From assembly GCA_013112575.1 (NCBI GenBank), contig JABFGG010000003.1:152898-216897 (forward strand): 64,000 nt of DNA, given 5' to 3'. This stretch comes from Chloroflexota bacterium. Lineage in GTDB: Bacteria > Chloroflexota > Anaerolineae > Anaerolineales > UBA11579. The first letter of the stretch is position 1; every line of letters starts with the position of its first letter. Positions 37,651 through 46,638 of this stretch are shown here, piece after piece. Both the position numbers and the translations under genes were made by a program. Under the pieces are notes generated by a model. The model saw only the letters and a program-made list of their open reading frames with translations, was not told the DNA's origin and searched no databases.

Positions 37651-38058
37651 ATGGTCGACCTGATCTGGAATTTCCTGCGGGAAATTCAGGAAGACAAAGA
37701 ATATATTCTGGTGGCAACTTCGGGCTTACAAGCGCCTCCATTAAATATGGCCATGTCTGATGAGATCATAGAACTAACGAATCAGGTTGTGGGGCAGTTG
37801 CGGGATGCCGATGGTTGTATGGGTTATGCATTGCATAATTCCTTTATGCCCTATTCGGAGTGGACCGTGTCTATTTGGGAATCGGATGATGCAGTCAACC
37901 AATTCTTTCGGACGGGTACCCACCTCGCTGTGATCAAGAAGCTTGGAGAATTAATCCAGGCTAATTTCAAGCATGCACGATGGTTGATGGATGGTAGTGA
38001 ACTACCCCCTGCCTGGGAACAAATCCTGGAAGAGCTGGATCAGAAAGATGCGTACTGA
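37651..38058 (+). CDS. small hypothetical protein (ABM/DUF3291-like, weak)
   Basis: 135 aa from the ATG at 37651. There is only a loose resemblance to monooxygenase-like dimeric alpha-beta barrels. Confidence 0.35.
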   Translation: MVDLIWNFLREIQEDKEYILVATSGLQAPPLNMAMSDEIIELTNQVVGQLRDADGCMGYALHNSFMPYSEWTVSIWESDDAVNQFFRTGTHLAVIKKLGELIQANFKHARWLMDGSELPPAWEQILEELDQKDAY

Positions 38059-38086
38059 ATGGTTGGCAAGATGGCAAATCCCCAGA

Positions 38087-38590
38087 TCAGGGGCCTACAA
38101 AAGTATTGATCGTTAAAAGACAAGCCTCACCATCTTGTTGGATGACGTTCGAAAAACCCTCTTCCGTAAAAGAAATCGTCGTGCTCATGCCCGGTTGGGG
38201 GGAATAGCCGTAGACATCGGCGGATAATTTTACAAGAGTGGCTGACGTAGGTTCGTCTCCGAGGCGCTCAAGGACGACCTGGTTGTCAGAAAAGGTAAAG
38301 CGGAAGCTGGCCGTACGCTTGAGATCAAAGACAGAAGTGCAGTTGAATTCGGTGGTCTCTGAATTGTATTGATGCTCTCCCAGATTGGCACACTCTGCAG
38401 CACTGAGGCCATCACAAGGGTCAGCAGGAGTGGCTTCCTCTATTGGCTCATTCGTTGGTGTTTGTGTGGGAGCGACTTCAACTTCGGGGGTTGGGGTTGC
38501 AGTAGAAATAGAGGCTGACTGACTATTGCAGGAAGCCAAGGTAAGTGCAAAGATGGAAAGCAAGGCCAGTATAAAATTGCGATTGGGCAT
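38087..38590 (-). CDS. lipoprotein of unknown function
   Basis: ATG at 38588-38590 after AAGGA. Lipobox LTLASC and a PT-rich linker. Confidence 0.5.
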   Translation of the reverse strand: MPNRNFILALLSIFALTLASCNSQSASISTATPTPEVEVAPTQTPTNEPIEEATPADPCDGLSAAECANLGEHQYNSETTEFNCTSVFDLKRTASFRFTFSDNQVVLERLGDEPTSATLVKLSADVYGYSPQPGMSTTISFTEEGFSNVIQQDGEACLLTINTFVGP

Positions 38591-38791
38591 GATCATCCTT
38601 CTGAAGGTTTTGGTGATTATAGTTGCTTTCAATGCTCACTCACATAATATCTTTGAAAGTTCCGCGTTTCACAAGGATTGATTGAATGTCACCGCCTGAT
38701 AAGACAAATCTCCTATTTGCGAGGTTGTGAAGTTTTGTAAGAATGGTTATCCTACTGTTGGCCTTATAAGATCAAATATTTCGGAGGCAAT

Positions 38792-40396
38792 ATGAAAACT
38801 AATGTAAGAAGACAACTATTGATTACCGTCGCAGCACTTTTTCTAATCCAGGGATTGTGTGTAAATAGCGCTGCCCCTGATGATGAATTACCTGCGGATA
38901 ACAGCAATGTCGGGGGTGGAGAAGAAGTAGTAGTAGAAGAAGCAAATATTCAAGAACCTGAAGTGATTGGCGAAGATACGCAACCTTCAAATGGAAATGA
39001 AGAGAGTTATTTGATCGGTGACTTTGTTTGGGAAGATTTAAACGAGAATGGTGTCCAGGATGAAGGTGAACCGGGATTGGCAAACGTGCAAGTTGTGTTG
39101 TTGAGTACGAGCGGAGAGGTTTTGGCGGATACGCTCACGGATGAAGACGGAGCCTTCAGTTTTTCAGTCAGTGGTGAGGATGTCCAGTACCAGATACGTG
39201 TTGTAAGCCCAGAAGGATATTCTGTCACTTCTCTCGAGCAAGGCGGGGATGAAACGAAAGATAATAATGCCAATGCGGATGAATTGACCGAGCTGTTTTC
39301 GGCTGCTTCGTTAAGTGACCTAGGTAGTGTGGATATTGGCTTTGTGCCTGCACAAGTTGCAGCAGAACTATGCCCATTAACGGGTGAGGTGGTTGCAGAA
39401 GGGGAGTTGGGCTTAGCGCCCTTAGCGATTTCTCTTTCCCATTTCCCGCCACTGGCTACGCGCCCGCCGACCGGACTAACCTGGGCTCCGTGGGTGTTCG
39501 AGTTGTACACAGGGGAGGGCCAAACGCGTTTGCTCTCGCTATTTTATTGTGGCTTTGGAGAAATGGAAGAAGCCATTGAGACGCAGCAGGTTGATACCGG
39601 GCTAACTGTAAATGATGTGCGCATTGAGGGCGTGCGCTCTGGACGTGTGATCTACGGCAATATCGCCAAGTATTTTGCAGCAGCGATCATCCAGGGTGGC
39701 TCAGACCAGACGAACGTGGCGCCAGCTATTCAGGAACTGGTGTGCGCAAATGCGTACGGCAGCGACCCGGATGACATTGGCTCTGGAGGGATGAGCATTG
39801 AGCGTTTGTTGCGTCTGGCTGAAGAATGTAGAGACTTGATCGGAGAGCGCAACCTGGCCAGTTATCTGTTTGATGCGTCCCCACCGAGTGGTGGGCAAGA
39901 AGCCAGTGAGTTGTTGATGTTCTACAATATCGGCAACCAAACACAATGGGTGTACGACGCCGACCTGGGCGGCTACGTGCGATACCAGAATGGTGCTAAC
40001 AGCCAGGCTGAGTTCGAGACTTTTACGGTCAGCACGGATCGATTGACGGATGACGCTATCGTGCGGGAGAACGTGATCGTGATGGGTGTGGAGCATATAG
40101 CACTAAATGGTGATGAGACGATCTTCGACCTGGTGAACTTTGATTTCAGTATTGGGCCGGCGAAACTATTCCGTAATGGAATTGTCTATGATATTTGCTG
40201 GAATACGCTGAATACGGAGCCCAACCAGAAAGAGTTGCAGCCGGTGCGTTTCACCGATTGCAATGGAAACAGTATTGCACTAGCTCCGGGAAGTACTTGG
40301 GTGAATGTGGTCAATCTGGGCGACCAGTTCTTGCAGGAAGTGTCACCAGGTGTGTGGAAGGCGAGATTCAGTGCGCCGAGTTTCCAGGCGAACTAA
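38792..40396 (+). CDS. secreted protein with SdrD B-like (Cna-B type) domain and DUF3048-like region
   Basis: Signal peptide. GDFVWEDLNENGVQDEGEPGLANVQVVLL...TDEDGAFSF is a textbook SdrD_B repeat. The following region (ATRPPTGLTWAPWVFELYTGEGQTRLLSLFY) resembles the DUF3048 N-terminal domain. Confidence 0.65.
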   Translation: MKTNVRRQLLITVAALFLIQGLCVNSAAPDDELPADNSNVGGGEEVVVEEANIQEPEVIGEDTQPSNGNEESYLIGDFVWEDLNENGVQDEGEPGLANVQVVLLSTSGEVLADTLTDEDGAFSFSVSGEDVQYQIRVVSPEGYSVTSLEQGGDETKDNNANADELTELFSAASLSDLGSVDIGFVPAQVAAELCPLTGEVVAEGELGLAPLAISLSHFPPLATRPPTGLTWAPWVFELYTGEGQTRLLSLFYCGFGEMEEAIETQQVDTGLTVNDVRIEGVRSGRVIYGNIAKYFAAAIIQGGSDQTNVAPAIQELVCANAYGSDPDDIGSGGMSIERLLRLAEECRDLIGERNLASYLFDASPPSGGQEASELLMFYNIGNQTQWVYDADLGGYVRYQNGANSQAEFETFTVSTDRLTDDAIVRENVIVMGVEHIALNGDETIFDLVNFDFSIGPAKLFRNGIVYDICWNTLNTEPNQKELQPVRFTDCNGNSIALAPGSTWVNVVNLGDQFLQEVSPGVWKARFSAPSFQAN

Positions 40397-40416
40397 GAAA
40401 AGTTAGTGATTTTGAG

Positions 40417-40448
40417 AAGAGCCTCATTTCAATCGAGGCTCTTTTTTT
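40417..40448 (+). terminator. rho-independent terminator
   Basis: AAGAGCCTC-loop-GAGGCTCTT followed by a T-run. Confidence 0.7.
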
Positions 40449-40513
40449 GTTTAATCACGAATGACACTAATTACACGAATGTGATAGCCAATTTGTGGAT
40501 AGTCTTTGAATAT

Positions 40514-41563
40514 TTACTTCATTCCAGTAGTGGCGATGCCAGTGGTGATGTATTTCTGGAGAAAGGCGAAAACGACGGTAATCGGCAAGAGAGAGACGAC
40601 TGTGATAGCAAGGAGGAGATGCCACTGCACGTTCAGCTCTCCCTGGAAGGAGTTGAGGCCGATCTGGAGGGTAAAAAGCTCGCTGCGGCTGAGGACGATG
40701 AGGGGCCAGAGAAAATCGTTCCAGCGCCACATGACCGAAAAAATGGTGAGGACGGCCAAGGCGGGACGCGCCAAAGGCAGAATGATCTGGGCATAGATAC
40801 GCCACTCTGATGCACCTTCAATGCGGGCAGCTTCGATCAGTTCATCGGGGATGGTGAGCATGTACTGACGCAGAAGGAAGACACCCGTGGGGGTGGCAGC
40901 AGCAGGAATGATGACACCCAGTAAGTTATTGTTCCAGCCAATTTGAGTGATGACCAGGAAGACCGGCACAAGAATCACGGAAAGAGGGACCATCAAGGTG
41001 CTGAGCATTACGAGGAAGATAGATTGACGAGCGCGGAACTGGTATTTGCTGAGGGCAAAAGCAGCGAGACTGTTTACGAAGAGAGTGAGCAAGGTGGCCG
41101 CTACAGTGACAATTACACTGTTGAAGAAATAAAGAGGGAAGTTAAATGATTGTACACCTTCTACATAATTATCAAAGCGGAAAGAAATGGTTTCAACCGG
41201 AATGCGGTCTTCGACGCGGACTGAATAAGTGTTAGAAGGATTGGTGGGTTCAATCATTGTGGCCGTAGCGCCGTCCAGGTCGATCTGGACAAGTTGCCGA
41301 GACAGGCCATCTATTTGAACGTCAAAGAGGGGGAGAGGGTCAGCGTAACCATCGACATCTACCATGACTTGTTGGTAGGGCAGGAAGCGAGGTGGAAACT
41401 TGATGATCTCTGCACTGCTCTTGAATGAAGAAAGCACCAACCAGAGCATGGGGCCAAACATGAGAATAGTACCCAGGATGAGATACAGGTAGCTGAACAG
41501 GTCTGTGGAGTGTAGACGATTGACGCCGCGAGTACGACCGAGGAATTGTGAGATTGTGGCCAT
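40514..41563 (-). CDS. carbohydrate ABC transporter permease (MalG-like)
   Basis: The ATG at 41561-41563 lies 1 nt after the upstream stop. EAA-loop region IDGASEWRIYAQIILPLARPAL. The track start at 41800 overlaps the upstream gene and is rejected. Confidence 0.85.
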   Translation of the reverse strand: MATISQFLGRTRGVNRLHSTDLFSYLYLILGTILMFGPMLWLVLSSFKSSAEIIKFPPRFLPYQQVMVDVDGYADPLPLFDVQIDGLSRQLVQIDLDGATATMIEPTNPSNTYSVRVEDRIPVETISFRFDNYVEGVQSFNFPLYFFNSVIVTVAATLLTLFVNSLAAFALSKYQFRARQSIFLVMLSTLMVPLSVILVPVFLVITQIGWNNNLLGVIIPAAATPTGVFLLRQYMLTIPDELIEAARIEGASEWRIYAQIILPLARPALAVLTIFSVMWRWNDFLWPLIVLSRSELFTLQIGLNSFQGELNVQWHLLLAITVVSLLPITVVFAFLQKYITTGIATTGMK

Positions 41564-41564
41564 A

Positions 41565-42590
41565 TTACTCGTTATCCTCACGTTGGAGAACAAGCTGAAC
41601 GATAGTGAAGATGATGAGAACACCGGCCATAAGAATCGATGCAGTGGTGGCGATACCATATTGCCGTGTGGGGCTGGCAAAGCCATTGTCGTAAATGAAT
41701 TGGACGAGGTACTGCGTAGCTGTGCCGGGGCCACCACCAGTGAAGGCGAAAACAATGTCAAAGATCTGCACAGCGCGAATGAAGGAAAGCACGAGAACAA
41801 CGAGCATGGTAGGCATCAACAGAGGAAGCGTGACGCGAAAGAAAGATTGCAACTCATTAGCCCCGTCGATCTTGGCGGCTTCATACAGTTCTGAGGGGAT
41901 GCCTTGAAGACCAGCTAAGAGAATCAGGGTGTAAAAACCCATGTAAGCCCAGACACTGATCATGACGACCCAAAATTGGGCCCAGTTGGCATTAGCTAAA
42001 AAAGAAACGCTTTCAAAGCCGATTGCGGTGATAAGGCCGTTGAGGACGCCATTCTCCTGCAAGATCCATTTCCAGATGAGGGCAACAACGATAGGAGAGA
42101 GCAAGACGGGGTAAAAGAAAACGCTGCGGAAAAAGCCCCTGGCCTTGATACGGCGGTTGAGGATCACGGCTGTGAGGAGGGAGACCAGGACCATGAGAGC
42201 AACCTGGGCAATGACGTAGCCTGAAGTGTTAAAAACGGCGCGCCAAAACAGGTCCTGGGAACAGGTATTGGGATCGAAGTAGTTGGTGCAATTGAGCAGT
42301 TTGCTGAAATTGTCGAAGCCAACCCAACGGCGTTCAGTGGGGATGAAATTGCTGCCGCCCGTAAAGGCATAAGCAAAGTTGAGTAGCATGGGAAAAAGGA
42401 TAAAAATGCCAAAGATCAGCAGATTGGGAATAACAAAGATATAGGGCATGCGCCGCATGCCCATCCAGCGTTGCAGGTAACGGAAGGGAACATCAAAGAT
42501 GCTAACGATGAACTCGAGAGAGCGATTCCAAAAACGCTCAATAATGGTCTTTGGTGATTGGTCGGGGATGTCTTGAGAACGTGTGGTCAT
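41565..42590 (-). CDS. carbohydrate ABC transporter permease (MalF-like)
   Basis: Six TM helices. EAA loop EAAKIDGANELQSFFRVTLPLLMP. Confidence 0.85.
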   Translation of the reverse strand: MTTRSQDIPDQSPKTIIERFWNRSLEFIVSIFDVPFRYLQRWMGMRRMPYIFVIPNLLIFGIFILFPMLLNFAYAFTGGSNFIPTERRWVGFDNFSKLLNCTNYFDPNTCSQDLFWRAVFNTSGYVIAQVALMVLVSLLTAVILNRRIKARGFFRSVFFYPVLLSPIVVALIWKWILQENGVLNGLITAIGFESVSFLANANWAQFWVVMISVWAYMGFYTLILLAGLQGIPSELYEAAKIDGANELQSFFRVTLPLLMPTMLVVLVLSFIRAVQIFDIVFAFTGGGPGTATQYLVQFIYDNGFASPTRQYGIATTASILMAGVLIIFTIVQLVLQREDNE

Positions 42591-42623
42591 GTAGCTCGTT
42601 AGCGGTCTTGAATGAAGAAAAGA

Positions 42624-42650
42624 AAGGGGCGTGAATAACTCACGCCCCTT
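42624..42650 (-). other. intercistronic stem-loop between the SBP and permease genes
   Basis: AAGGGGCGTGA-ATAAC-TCACGCCCCTT. On the minus strand it is followed by TCTTTTCTTC. Such hairpins commonly stabilise SBP transcripts. Confidence 0.45.
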
Positions 42651-42672
42651 GTGCTATGGGATAACGAGGTGT

Positions 42673-43959
42673 TTACCCGGAGGCTTCTGCTATAGCGTCG
42701 TCAATGTCTTGCTGCAAACGCTCCAGGGCTTCATCCAGGGTGAGTTCGCCGGTGAGATATTGCGATATGCGGTCGGCACTATTGCGATAATAGGCGAAAG
42801 CAAAGGGATGGACATTCAGACCAACGGCCTGGTCTTGCAATTTGGGGATCTCGGCTGTGAAGACTGTGAGGGCGTCAAGAATGTTCTGGTCATCCGTGGC
42901 AAAGTCCACGCCTTGCGTGGCTACATCTGTTTGGGCAGGGAGGAACAGGGTCTGGGCGGACCACTGGCTATAGTTCTCTGCTTGAATGAGAAATTCCATG
43001 ACTTTGGCAACTTCTTCAGGATGTTCGGTGTCTGCAAAGGCAACCACACCAGCTCCACCAGCAACACCTGTAGAACCACCATCTCCGGAGGGGTTGGGTA
43101 CAACGACCCAATCAAAGGTGTCACCAACGTCGGTGGCAGTACCATTGATCTGCCAACTGCCAGTCATGCACATAACGAGTTCGCCGGATTTGAAGGCGTC
43201 AATACAGGAATTCACGCTGTCGCCGACCAACCAAACCTCTTCAGGGGTAAGGCCGTCTGTATGCCAGCCGTTGATTGTTTCGGCGAAGGCTCGGAAACCT
43301 GGAGTATCGACGGTGAAGTTGCCATCGGAATCGATGAGAGTGGCTCCCATGCTCATGGCAGGCCCAGCAAAACGGTGACCTGTGCGATCTACCGAGATAG
43401 CATACTGAGCGCCAGAGGCTTCAACCACTGCAGCAGTAGCAGCTGTCCAATCTGCCCAGGAGGCATCCGGACCAGGCATTTCAACGCCAGCCTGATCAAA
43501 GAGAGTCTTGTTCACAAAGGGGCCGGTCACTGTGAGGCCATCGGGATAGCCGTACAAACCATTTGTGTCACCATCCGGGCGCATGGCTGCCAAAACCGGC
43601 TCGGGGAAATTGTTGGTGAAATAATCATCGTCCTCGAGGAGGGGGAGGAGATCAAGAAGTTGGCCGCGATACGCGCCAAAGTTCGTAATGCGGGCAATGT
43701 CGGGGCCTTCACCAGTCTCAACCTGAACAGGAAGTTGTTCGTCGATTGTCTGGTAGGGGACTTCGTCGAGAACGACGGTGATGTCGGGGTTGGCTGCTTC
43801 GAACTGGTCGAGCAAGCCGCGCATGACCTCGGCTTCATTGCCATCGCTATAAATCGTAAAGCGGATTTCAACAGGGCCATCGCTGCCACCACAAGCCGTG
43901 ATAAGCAGGGCTGTGATGACGAGCACACTAAGCAATATTAGTAGTCGTTGGGGTTTCAT
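42673..43959 (-). CDS. ABC transporter extracellular solute-binding lipoprotein (family 1, sugar)
   Basis: Lipobox LLITAC, 428 aa, SBP_bac_1-like pattern. Confidence 0.85.
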   Translation of the reverse strand: MKPQRLLILLSVLVITALLITACGGSDGPVEIRFTIYSDGNEAEVMRGLLDQFEAANPDITVVLDEVPYQTIDEQLPVQVETGEGPDIARITNFGAYRGQLLDLLPLLEDDDYFTNNFPEPVLAAMRPDGDTNGLYGYPDGLTVTGPFVNKTLFDQAGVEMPGPDASWADWTAATAAVVEASGAQYAISVDRTGHRFAGPAMSMGATLIDSDGNFTVDTPGFRAFAETINGWHTDGLTPEEVWLVGDSVNSCIDAFKSGELVMCMTGSWQINGTATDVGDTFDWVVVPNPSGDGGSTGVAGGAGVVAFADTEHPEEVAKVMEFLIQAENYSQWSAQTLFLPAQTDVATQGVDFATDDQNILDALTVFTAEIPKLQDQAVGLNVHPFAFAYYRNSADRISQYLTGELTLDEALERLQQDIDDAIAEASG

Positions 43960-44075
43960 GAGGCTCCTTCTCTCAGGAATGGGAATTCAGCAAAGTAACT
44001 GCTGTAACTAATTTCACTAATCTTAACACAGTGTGAATTTTCGGGGGTGGGAGGGAAACGATATGTTACATTGGC

Positions 44076-44104
44076 TTGACTGAAATCGTATACGATTATA
44101 CACT
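44076..44104 (+). promoter_or_regulatory. promoter with embedded GntR-type operator (palindrome ATCGTATACGAT, 44085-44096)
   Basis: TTGACT at 44076-44081, a 12-bp perfect palindrome containing the GT-N-AC core, then TATACA/TACACT. Lies in the divergent region between the ABC operon and the gntR-like gene. Confidence 0.45.
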
Positions 44105-44110
44105 TGGGTA

Positions 44111-44758
44111 GTGGCTGAGTTAGAACTATCACGGGCAGGGGGCAGTACGGCTGACGCTGTGGCCGATGCCATACGCGAGTCGATACTGAAAGGGGATTTT
44201 AAAAGGGGAGTGGCTTTAAAGCAGGATGAACTGGCTGCTAAAGCGGGTGTTAGCAAAATCCCTGTGCGAGAGGCGCTGGTGAAACTGGAGGCGGAGGGAT
44301 TGGTGCAATTTTCACCGAATCGCGGGGCGGTAGTGGTTGATCTGTCTGTTGATGAAGTGCAGGAAATCACGCTGATGCGTATTGCGTTGGAGACTGTGCT
44401 CTTGAGGGAGGCCATTCCGTATTTGAAGATGCCAGAATATTCCCTAGCGGCAGGCCTGCTGAATGGTATTGCTAATGAACCAGATGCCTTTGAATGGGTG
44501 AAGCTTGATTGGGCGTTTCATGAAGCGCTTTATAAGGCGGCAAATTTGCCTAAGATTCTGAAAATGGCCCGGCAGCTCTACAACAACATGGCGCGATATA
44601 TGGTTGAGTTCCGATTAATTGCGACAGGGTTAAATTCCCAGCGGCAACACCGAGCTATCTTGAGGGCGAGCCGGAGAAAGAATGTTGGCCCAGCGAGCAG
44701 TTTTTTGGAGAACCATATACTAGATACAGGCAAGGCGATCATCGGGGCGATGAAATAG
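44111..44758 (+). CDS. GntR-family regulator, FadR subfamily (FCD domain)
   Basis: LKQDELAAKAGVSKIPVREALVKLEAEGLV HTH with an all-helical C-terminal domain. GTG start. Confidence 0.85.
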   Translation: MAELELSRAGGSTADAVADAIRESILKGDFKRGVALKQDELAAKAGVSKIPVREALVKLEAEGLVQFSPNRGAVVVDLSVDEVQEITLMRIALETVLLREAIPYLKMPEYSLAAGLLNGIANEPDAFEWVKLDWAFHEALYKAANLPKILKMARQLYNNMARYMVEFRLIATGLNSQRQHRAILRASRRKNVGPASSFLENHILDTGKAIIGAMK

Positions 44759-44762
44759 GATT

Positions 44763-44815
44763 TTGTAAAGGTCTTGACAGATACTTGATTAAATAGAACG
44801 TTTGTGCATAATTAA
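44763..44815 (+). promoter_or_regulatory. 53-bp promoter element, copy 1 (TTGACA ... TTGATT-16 nt-TGCATAAT)
   Basis: 49/53 identical to 59400-59452. TTGATT at 44785-44790, CATAAT at 44807-44812, preceded by TG. Confidence 0.55.
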
Positions 44816-44887
44816 TGATGCTGGGGAAGTTGTAAATCGTATTGGTGGTGGGGGAAATAGAGGATGAATTCATAAAGAGAAAGACAA

Positions 44888-46531
44888 TTGAAGATAAGTG
44901 ATGTGAAAGCAGCACAAGTGAATCAACCAACGCGTAAGCTGGATAAATGGGTCGAAGATGGGCCAAAGGCGTTTGGGCGATTTTATGCGGAAGTATTTGG
45001 GCGGGAATGCCCGCGGCACGCCATGGAAGAATGGATCAAACCATTGTATGCGGCGCGAGGCCTAGATAAAGGCTTGGTGATCGAGGCTTTCCGTGGGTCA
45101 AGCAAAACGACTACGGTGACGATCGGGTGGCTGGCATTTCAGATTGGGCTGAAGCCGCATAAGAGCTATATGCTGGTGCAGGTAGGGGATGAACTGGCAA
45201 AAGATACGGTGCAGGAAATTGCTGACCTGATCGAGTACAACCCCGGATGGCAAAGGGTTTTCCCGGATGTGGCAGCTGACCGTAAGGCAGGGTGGAGTAC
45301 GCGAGGGTATGAGGTCAAGCGGGTGGACATGGACTATGAGGATTGGCGACAATTGTGTGCCAATGAGAAAGGCAAAGACCCGAGCCTGGTGGGAATGGGA
45401 TACAAGTCGCGGGCGATCATTGGGAGACACCCAACAGGTGCGCTGATATTAGATGACATACATGATGAAAATAATACGCGGTCTGGGCGAGAATTAGCGA
45501 CGGTGATCAAGATCGTGCAAGGAACGATCTTGCCGACGGTGACGCCGGATACCTGGAAGGTGGCAGTCGGAACGCCGTGGCGAAGGGATGACGTGCTGGC
45601 ATATTTAAAGGGGACAGGGGAGTTCGAGAGTGTAAAGACGCCAGCGATAAGAGTCAAGGAAGCAGGAAGCAGGGATAAGGAATTAGGGTTGGGGGAGGGG
45701 AGCAAGGGGGCTATGGGAGCAGGGGAGCAAGGGGATAAAAGGAAAACGAAGAAAAAATGCAAAGAGTCTAAAGTCCCACAAAATTTTGAGGAGAGTATCT
45801 GGAAGGCAACGTGGTTTGAAGGCTTGCCATTAAAGGACGTGGAGAAGCAGCGGCGAGTGCTGGGTGAGGTGGAGTTCGCGCGAATGTATTTGCTGGACCT
45901 TGAGGCGGCAAGTGGTGTGCATTTGCGGTCAGGGTGGTTGCAGCGTTACCCGTACGAGGAAATCGGGAAGGATTGGCCGGTGGTGATGGGGGTGGACTAT
46001 GCTTCGGTGGCCGACCAGTTGAAGGCGAGTACGCGGGATTATTTCGCGGTGGCGATTGGGCGAGGTATCCCCGGTGGCGGTGTTGTATTGGTGGATGGCT
46101 TCCGGGGGAAAGTGTCGCAAGGCCAGGCTCAGCAGAAGCTGCAATCCATCGCCAGACAATATCCCACCTTGCAAACGATCGGGGTGGAGGCGGTGGGGAA
46201 GGGGGAGGAATTCTTCCATTTGATGCTGCGGACAAGCTGGCTGCCAGTGACACCGATGCAACCGGGGAGGAAAAGCAAGGGGTATCGCTTTGAGAAGGTG
46301 TTAGCGCCGATGTTCGAGTATGGGCGGGTAAAGGTTAGCTCGGCAGAGACACCATTCTTGCAGGCGTTTCGTGATGAGTGGGTGCGTTGGCCGTATGGTG
46401 AGCATGACGATACTTTGGATGCGGTGTATTGGATGTTGCAAGTGGCGAAACACCATATGGTGGTTGAAGAGGAGGGGGAGAGCCAGAAGCGAGAAAAAGT
46501 GAACCCGTTTGCGGAATTGGGGAGGGGATAA
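44888..46531 (+). CDS. terL: phage terminase large subunit
   Basis: Walker A-like FRGSSKTT, Walker B LILDDIHDE, nuclease motifs MGVDYA and HDDTLDAVYWML. TTG start is uncertain. Carries a low-complexity insert (see findings). Confidence 0.85.
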   Translation: MKISDVKAAQVNQPTRKLDKWVEDGPKAFGRFYAEVFGRECPRHAMEEWIKPLYAARGLDKGLVIEAFRGSSKTTTVTIGWLAFQIGLKPHKSYMLVQVGDELAKDTVQEIADLIEYNPGWQRVFPDVAADRKAGWSTRGYEVKRVDMDYEDWRQLCANEKGKDPSLVGMGYKSRAIIGRHPTGALILDDIHDENNTRSGRELATVIKIVQGTILPTVTPDTWKVAVGTPWRRDDVLAYLKGTGEFESVKTPAIRVKEAGSRDKELGLGEGSKGAMGAGEQGDKRKTKKKCKESKVPQNFEESIWKATWFEGLPLKDVEKQRRVLGEVEFARMYLLDLEAASGVHLRSGWLQRYPYEEIGKDWPVVMGVDYASVADQLKASTRDYFAVAIGRGIPGGGVVLVDGFRGKVSQGQAQQKLQSIARQYPTLQTIGVEAVGKGEEFFHLMLRTSWLPVTPMQPGRKSKGYRFEKVLAPMFEYGRVKVSSAETPFLQAFRDEWVRWPYGEHDDTLDAVYWMLQVAKHHMVVEEEGESQKREKVNPFAELGRG

Positions 46532-46638
46532 GGGCTAAATCCAGGATTTGGCTTCAGAGAACGTACCGCATTCTCTACTACGAGCAATGGAGCCTGGGAC
46601 GAAGAGGGCAAATATAAATATCGAGGTGAGAATTCATT

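Noticed and set aside
41564-41800. N-terminal 79-aa extension of the MalG-like permease ORF
   Set aside because: It overlaps the upstream permease gene by 236 nt. The ATG at 41563 gives a normal-length permease abutting the upstream stop.
42631-43941. 436-aa ORF on the plus strand
   Set aside because: It is entirely antisense to the well-supported solute-binding protein gene (42673..43959). It has no recognisable motifs and its composition is typical of a shadow frame.
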